Origin: Candidatus Pullichristensenella stercorigallinarum
Lineage (GTDB): Bacteria; Bacillota; Clostridia; Christensenellales; Aristaeellaceae
Reading direction: 5' to 3'
DNA: 64,000 nt
Assembly: GCA_018712945.1 (NCBI GenBank)
Contig: DVFZ01000085.1
Span: forward strand, 3,034 to 67,033
Of the stretch, positions 58,574 to 64,000 are shown piece after piece; within the stretch, counting starts at the first letter, position 1, and each line of letters opens with the position of its first letter. The notes beneath the pieces were generated by a model, which was not told the DNA's origin, did not search any database, and was given only the letters and a program-made list of their open reading frames with translations. The translations under genes and the position numbers were made by a program.

Positions 58574-58731
58574 GGTTGTAGAGATACATGCTGGACAAAA
58601 CCGTACCTAAGATATATCATCGCTTTGGATTTCGGCCCGTATTGCGCGCAGAGGAAGAGCGTGAAGGATGGCGCATTGTGTCAGAAAAGACGGGAATTGA
58701 TTTTTTGCAGTACCTATAGTGGAGGTCAAAT

Positions 58732-60702
58732 ATGCCCATTCGCATACTGGACGCGGCGACCGTAGGACGGATTGCCGCTGGCGAAGTCGTGGAGCGGCCC
58801 GCATCTGTCGTCAAAGAGCTTGTGGAAAATTCTTTGGACGCGGGTGCGACCTCGGTAACGGTGGAGATCCGCGAAGGCGGCATCGCCTATCTGCGCGTGA
58901 CGGATAATGGCTGCGGCATTGAGCCGGGGCAGGTACGGCTGGCTTTTGAAAACCACGCCACATCCAAGCTCACCAGCGCCGCACAGCTTGACGATATCCG
59001 CACGCTCGGCTTTCGCGGCGAAGCGCTTCCGTCTATTGCCGCCGTCTCCCGCGTGGAGATGACAACCCGCGCCAGGGAGCAGGAATCCGGCGCCCGCCTG
59101 ACGATAGAGGGCGGACAAAACATGACCGTGCGCGAAGCGGGATGTCCAGAAGGTACAACCGTCATCATGCGGGATCTGTTTTTCAACATCCCCGTGCGCA
59201 GGGCCTTTCTCAAAAAGCCGCAATATGAGGGGGCGTTGGTCAGCGATACGGTGGCACGCATGATCCTTGGAAACCCGGAAATTTCCTTCCGTTTTATCAA
59301 CAATGGACGCACGGTCTATCACAGCTTTGGCGATGGCGATTTGCGCCATGCAGTTTTCGCCGTCTACGGACGGGAAACCGCCGAAAAAATGCTGGAGGTT
59401 GATCGCTACGAGGGCGGGATTCGCATACGCGGGCTGGTAGGCATCGGTGAACAGGCCAAATCTACGCGCGGACACGAAGCATTTTTTATCAACGGCCGTT
59501 CCGTGCGCTGCGCGTTGCTTTCACAGGCGCTGGAAAGCGTTTGCCGCGAGCGGGTGACCATCGGCCTGTATCCAATGTGCGCGCTCAATTTGACGCTTGC
59601 GCCTGCAACGGTGGATGTAAACGTACATCCCAACAAGTTGGAAGTGCGTTTTCGTGATGAAGCCGCCACGCGACTTGCCGTAGAGAGCATGCTTCGGGAG
59701 GCTTTAAAAGTTCAGGGCGGTTCAATGCTGCAGCTTAAGGCAGAAAAGCCCGCCGAAGTCTGTCCCACGCGCACTGTAGAGCAGATTCCCTTGCCGTTTG
59801 CGGAGAAACTGGCCGAAAAGAAAACCAAAGTCGATAATCAGCAAACTGAAGTCTTTGATAAAGCGTCCAAAGTCGGAAAAGCACAAACCAAAGTTTCGAA
59901 AGATTTTGCAAACTCAGCGCTCGATCTGGATGCGATGATTTCAGCTGAACGACGGCGGATCGGCATTGAAAGCGGTGACGCCATGGGGCTGCGCGAATCT
60001 TTTGACCCAGTGCCCCTGCCGCTGACGCGACGTGATGGCGGCGAAAGCGAAATATCCTCTGTCAAGGCAGAAAAGCCCGACCCGGTTTCAGTTCCGGATT
60101 CGGCTTCCAGTGTGGAGCCTGAGGTAGAGCGTCCACCTTACCGCGTAATCGGCGTGCTGTTCAAGACCTACATACTGCTGGAGTGCGAGGACGCCTTTTT
60201 GCTCATCGACCAGCACGCCGCCCATGAGCGCCTTCGCTATGACGAGCTGGTGCGTGCTGTGGAAAATGGGGTGGCTTCGCAGCGCCTGCTTACGCCGCAA
60301 ATTGTGCGCGTCACGGCGCGTGAAATGGCGCTTGTGGAGGAGAATATGGACGCGCTGAGCGCCGCCGGGTATGATATTTCCCCGATTGGAGAGCGCGATT
60401 TGCAGATTCGCGCTGTGCCGCACATCTACGGCCGCGCCGATCTCGAGCCACGCTTTATGGATGTGATTTCTGCCCTTCCCGGTCTTGGTTCTGCGGCGCT
60501 GGAAGCGCGCCGCGACGAGATTTTGCAGAGAGCCTGCAAAGGGGCGGTCAAAGCCGGCGACGCCTTGACCGATTCGGAAATCGAAGCGCTGCTTGCGCAG
60601 ATGGAAGCTTCCGGAGCGCCGCCGACCTGCCCGCATGGGCGGCCGGTCATTAAGACGTTTTCCCGCCGCGAGATCGAGCGCATGTTCAAACGCATTCAAT
60701 AG
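58732..60702 (+). CDS. mutL: DNA mismatch repair endonuclease MutL
   Basis: IRILD..TV.RIAAGEVVERPASVVKELVENSLDAGA, and the C-terminal endonuclease motif DQHAAHERLRY. Confidence 0.97.
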   Translation: MPIRILDAATVGRIAAGEVVERPASVVKELVENSLDAGATSVTVEIREGGIAYLRVTDNGCGIEPGQVRLAFENHATSKLTSAAQLDDIRTLGFRGEALPSIAAVSRVEMTTRAREQESGARLTIEGGQNMTVREAGCPEGTTVIMRDLFFNIPVRRAFLKKPQYEGALVSDTVARMILGNPEISFRFINNGRTVYHSFGDGDLRHAVFAVYGRETAEKMLEVDRYEGGIRIRGLVGIGEQAKSTRGHEAFFINGRSVRCALLSQALESVCRERVTIGLYPMCALNLTLAPATVDVNVHPNKLEVRFRDEAATRLAVESMLREALKVQGGSMLQLKAEKPAEVCPTRTVEQIPLPFAEKLAEKKTKVDNQQTEVFDKASKVGKAQTKVSKDFANSALDLDAMISAERRRIGIESGDAMGLRESFDPVPLPLTRRDGGESEISSVKAEKPDPVSVPDSASSVEPEVERPPYRVIGVLFKTYILLECEDAFLLIDQHAAHERLRYDELVRAVENGVASQRLLTPQIVRVTAREMALVEENMDALSAAGYDISPIGERDLQIRAVPHIYGRADLEPRFMDVISALPGLGSAALEARRDEILQRACKGAVKAGDALTDSEIEALLAQMEASGAPPTCPHGRPVIKTFSRREIERMFKRIQ

Positions 60703-60731
60703 CAACTCTGTCCTGCAAGGAGGTAAGTGCA

Positions 60732-61667
60732 TTGCCAAAGCCCCAGCTTTGGATTGTGGCCGGGCCTACGGCTTCAGGAAAGACGGCCGTGGCGGTAGAG
60801 CTTGCTCTGCGCGTAGGCGGCGAGGTAGTGTCGGCGGACTCCATGCAGGTCTACCGCGGCATGGATATACTCACCGCCATGCCCAGCGCAGCGGAAATGC
60901 GCGGCGTTGCCCATCATATGCTGGCCGTGGCTTCGCCCAGCGAGAAATTCAGTGCCGCCGCCTATCGCCAGCAGGCGCTTGCCTGTATTGCGGAGATCCG
61001 TAGGCGCGGCAAGCGGCCGATTGTCTGCGGGGGAACGGGCCTGTACATCAACGCCCTTACGCGGCCCCTCGGCTTTGCGGCGCAGGGAAACGAGGCGGTG
61101 CGCGCGGAACTGATGCACATTGCCGGGGAAGAAGGCGGCCGCACACGCTTGCACGCCATGCTGGCGCAGGTAGACCCTGCAAGCGCCGCGCGTCTGCATC
61201 CAAACGATGTGCGCCGGGTAATGCGGGCGTTGGAAATCTACCGGCTGACCGGACGCACGCAGACTGAACAGGCAGCCCTGGACGCACAGCGGGACGACGC
61301 GCCCTTTGACGGGCGCATCTATGCGTCGGAATGGCCCCGCGAGGCGCTTTACGAGCGCATAGACCGCCGTGTAGACGCTATGCTGGAGGCCGGACTTGTC
61401 GATGAAGTGCGACGCTTGATGCAAAACGCGGCGGAATATTCCACCGCGGCGCAGGCCATCGGCTACAAGGAGATTGCCGCCGCGCTGCGCGGCGAATGCT
61501 CCATGGAGGCCGCCATAGAAACGCTTAAGCAGGCGACGCGCAACTATGCCAAGCGTCAGCTTACCTGGTTCCGCCGCGACGAGCGCGTGCGCTGGGTTCC
61601 GGCGCAGGGGCGCACCGCGGCGGAAATCGCGGAAGAAATTCAAAAAGATATCGAGGCGAAACCATGA
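60732..61667 (+). CDS. miaA: tRNA dimethylallyltransferase MiaA
   Basis: TTG start after AAGGAGG. GPTASGKTAVAVELA, SADSMQVYRGMDI, and NYAKRQLTWFR. Confidence 0.92.
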   Translation: MPKPQLWIVAGPTASGKTAVAVELALRVGGEVVSADSMQVYRGMDILTAMPSAAEMRGVAHHMLAVASPSEKFSAAAYRQQALACIAEIRRRGKRPIVCGGTGLYINALTRPLGFAAQGNEAVRAELMHIAGEEGGRTRLHAMLAQVDPASAARLHPNDVRRVMRALEIYRLTGRTQTEQAALDAQRDDAPFDGRIYASEWPREALYERIDRRVDAMLEAGLVDEVRRLMQNAAEYSTAAQAIGYKEIAAALRGECSMEAAIETLKQATRNYAKRQLTWFRRDERVRWVPAQGRTAAEIAEEIQKDIEAKP

Positions 61668-62932
61668 CAAACATTCATATTCCCGAAATCCCCGCGTCCG
61701 TTGCGGCGCTGATTCAGCGCGCCGAAGCGGATTGCCAGCTGGCGTTTGCGCGTGTGGAAGCCATTGAGCGCATCAACACGCGCCGCGTCATTCGCGCCTT
61801 TCAGGAATACCGTGTGGGTGCGAGACACTTTGCGCCCACGACCGGTTACGGCTACGACGATATCGGGCGCGATACGCTTTCAAAGTTGTTTTCCTTTGTC
61901 TTCGAAACGGAGGATGCACTTGTGCGCCCGCAGATCGCTTCTGGTACGCACGCGCTGGCGCTGTGCCTGTATGGCGTGCTGCGGCCTGGCGATGAAATGC
62001 TGGCAGCGGCCGGCAGGCCCTATGACACGCTTGAGGAAGTAATCGGCATTGCCGGAGCGCCGGGAAACGGCTCTCTGCGGGATTTCGGCATCGGCTATCG
62101 GGAGGTTGGCATGCTCCCGAGCGGCGATATAGACATAAGCGGCGTGCTTAGCCAGCTCACGCCTGCCGTCAAGCTGGTGCTCATCCAGCGTTCGCGCGGT
62201 TACGACTGGCGCCCCTCTCTGTCGGTTGCGCAGATTGATGCGGCTATCGAGGCCATTCATCGTGTCCGTCCAGACGTCTGCGTGATGGTAGATAACTGTT
62301 ACGGGGAATTCACGGACGAACGCGAGCCGCGCGCCGACCTGCTCGCCGGTTCGCTGATTAAAAACCCCGGTGGCGGCCTTGCACCGACTGGCGGTTATGT
62401 GGCGGGCAAGAGCGCCTTTGTGGAAAAGGTGGCTTGCCGTCTGACCTCGCCGGGGATTGGCGCGGAGGTGGGTTCCTACGCGGGCAGCTATCAGCCGTTT
62501 TACCAGGGGCTGTTTCTGGCGCCGCACACGGTGGCGCAGGCCGTCAAGAGCGCCATACTCGCCGCGCGCGCCTTTGAATTGTTGGGCTTTGCGGTCAATC
62601 CGGCTTGGGACGCGCCCCGCAATGACATTATCGAGGCCATTCGCTTTGATGATCCTGAAAAACTCATTGCCTTTTGCCAGGCCATTCAGATGTGTTCTCC
62701 GGTAGACGCAGAAGCGGTTCCAGAGCCTTGGGATATGCCGGGCTATCAAGATCCCGTCATCATGGCGGCGGGTACGTTTGTATCCGGCGCGTCTATCGAA
62801 CTCAGCGCCGACGCGCCAATCCGCGCGCCGTATATCGGCTATTTGCAGGGGGCGTTGACCTATGCCCATGGCCGTTTGGGAATTGAAGGAGCCATCGCCA
62901 TGTTGGTGCAAAAGGGACTGGTGGAATTGTAG
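61664..62932 (+). CDS. YnbB-like methionine gamma-lyase family (aluminium-resistance type) PLP protein
   Basis: FAPTTGYGYDDIGRDTL and SLIKNPGGGLAPTGGY (PLP-Lys). ATGA overlap with miaA. Confidence 0.85.
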   Translation: MTNIHIPEIPASVAALIQRAEADCQLAFARVEAIERINTRRVIRAFQEYRVGARHFAPTTGYGYDDIGRDTLSKLFSFVFETEDALVRPQIASGTHALALCLYGVLRPGDEMLAAAGRPYDTLEEVIGIAGAPGNGSLRDFGIGYREVGMLPSGDIDISGVLSQLTPAVKLVLIQRSRGYDWRPSLSVAQIDAAIEAIHRVRPDVCVMVDNCYGEFTDEREPRADLLAGSLIKNPGGGLAPTGGYVAGKSAFVEKVACRLTSPGIGAEVGSYAGSYQPFYQGLFLAPHTVAQAVKSAILAARAFELLGFAVNPAWDAPRNDIIEAIRFDDPEKLIAFCQAIQMCSPVDAEAVPEPWDMPGYQDPVIMAAGTFVSGASIELSADAPIRAPYIGYLQGALTYAHGRLGIEGAIAMLVQKGLVEL

Positions 62933-63180
62933 GATGGCGCAATCCAATATCATGTCCAGCGGCTTTGATAAAGCTATGAAGAACTAGCCTTTCTGGCGAC
63001 GTCACACGATCTGAATGGCCTGCTTCCCGCACCAGTTTCCCTGGAAACTGCTAAAGGCTTTAGCTGATTGCGTTGGGCTTTGGCCGTCAGGGCGTTTCTA
63101 TGTTTGCCAGAAAAGTGTTTGACGGTTTTACTCGTAGCTATACGTTCTCTGGCCCGTTCAAAGTAGGGGTTCCATATACA

Positions 63181-63215
63181 AAGAAAAGCGTCCGAACAAT
63201 GCCTGTTTCGGACGC
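63181..63215 (-). terminator. intrinsic terminator of lexA (hairpin is usable on both strands)
   Basis: 9-bp stem GCGTCCGAA/TTCGGACGC (63188-63215). The minus strand continues TTTTCTT, and the plus strand continues AAAAATTTTT. Confidence 0.75.
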
Positions 63216-63240
63216 AAAAATTTTTCGCTCCTGCAACCAC

Positions 63241-63840
63241 CTAAAACCGGCGGATGAGTGCCACAAGCTTGCCGCGCACGTCCGCCCGCTCAACGATAAT
63301 GGGGGACATGGCATGGTTTTCCGGCTGCAGGCGCACATGGCCGTCTTCGTAAAAGATGCGTTTCAGAGTTGCCTCGTCTTCGATTAGGGCAACAACGATG
63401 TCGCCGTTTTCCGCCTGATCTTGGCTGTTGACCACAACAATGTCGCCGTCGAGTATACCGGCTTCAATCATGCTTTCGCCCTGTACGCGCAGGGCAAATA
63501 ACTCGTTTTCATGGCCAGCCAGGTTTTGCGGGATGATGAGATAGTCCTCGATATTTTCCACGGCAAGGATGGGCTGTCCGGCCGTAATCTTGCCCACCAG
63601 CGGCACGCTGCGTCCGCGCGAGAGGGGACTATCCAGCAACTCCAATGCCCGCGGCTTGGTAGCGTCGCGGCGGATGACCCCTTGCTTTTCCAGCTGCGTC
63701 AGGTGCATATGAACAGACGATGTCGATTTCAGCCCCACAGCGGCGCAGATTTCCCGCACCGATGGCGGATAGCCCTTGGTTTCGATTTCGCTGCGGATAA
63801 ATTCCAGAATTTTCTGTTGATTCTGCTCGGCTGAGCGCAT
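63241..63840 (-). CDS. lexA: SOS repressor LexA
   Basis: [37 protein letters not shown] wHTH domain, and the autocleavage domain [19 protein letters not shown]...LKR. Confidence 0.95.
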   Translation of the reverse strand: MRSAEQNQQKILEFIRSEIETKGYPPSVREICAAVGLKSTSSVHMHLTQLEKQGVIRRDATKPRALELLDSPLSRGRSVPLVGKITAGQPILAVENIEDYLIIPQNLAGHENELFALRVQGESMIEAGILDGDIVVVNSQDQAENGDIVVALIEDEATLKRIFYEDGHVRLQPENHAMSPIIVERADVRGKLVALIRRF

Positions 63841-63876
63841 ACCGGCGAATACCTCCGCGTTTTCTATGATACTGGT

Positions 63877-63915
63877 ATTATACCACATATTATCATATCT
63901 GCAAACACCCGTTCG
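63877..63915 (-). promoter_or_regulatory. lexA promoter with overlapping LexA (Cheo) box
   Basis: The minus strand reads CGAACGGGTGTTTG (63902-63915; GAAC-N4-GTTT versus the consensus GAAC-N4-GTTC). It overlaps the -35 TTTGCA. After 17 nt comes TGG-TATAAT (63877-63882). Confidence 0.65.
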
Positions 63916-64000
63916 CATAATCGGAAAGAAAAACTTTCCGATGGAAGCAGCATCCGCAAAAAAGCGCAGACTGCAACGCTTGCGCTACGCATCGGTGTGC

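Noticed and set aside
62974-63387. ORFs 62974-63240 (-) and 63073-63387 (+) in the ynbB/lexA gap
   Set aside because: Both run straight through the lexA terminator hairpin. The plus ORF continues antisense into lexA. There is no RBS, the codon usage is atypical, and no motif is present.

Overview
GC-rich chromosomal segment from a spore-forming Firmicute that looks Clostridia-like. Recognisable landmarks are ctsR-mcsA-mcsB-clpC, spoVT-yabN(mazG)-hup-yabO, spoIIAA-spoIIAB-sigF, miaB-ylbF-mutS-mutL-miaA and lexA. I call about 60 densely packed protein genes, many translationally coupled by ATGA or 4-19 bp overlaps. I recognised no rRNA, tRNA, CRISPR array, transposase, integrase or phage genes. 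All calls rest on motif recognition, RBS and start-codon inspection and ORF geometry, because no database search was possible. The many 100-800 aa ORFs antisense to real genes are typical high-GC shadow frames and are rejected. Most of the window is core housekeeping or sporulation DNA. The atypical parts are as follows. (1) A visibly AT-richer block of about 4.8 kb (26.6-31.4 kb) is bracketed by strong hairpins. It holds a BmrR-like MerR regulator divergent from an ABC-ATPase / membrane protein / GNAT / DUF4097-lipoprotein operon. The shared control region has a textbook 19-bp-spacer MerR promoter with a perfect 21-bp palindrome. The block also holds a pair of tandem paralogous small membrane proteins of unknown family. 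(2) A second SigB/F-type sigma factor is preceded by a short RsbW/SpoIIAB-like protein that has lost the ATP-binding motifs and has no STAS antagonist nearby. (3) A compact RR(HD-GYP)-HPt-hybrid kinase phosphorelay operon is followed by two nucleotide-metabolism genes. (4) The spoIIA control region has Spo0A boxes, a sigma-H-like promoter and a perfect 18-bp inverted repeat that would bury the spoIIAA RBS and start codon only in read-through transcripts. (5) A translationally chained radical-SAM pair / RNase G / MiaB block. I cannot show that any of these is truly undescribed. They are the places I would look first.
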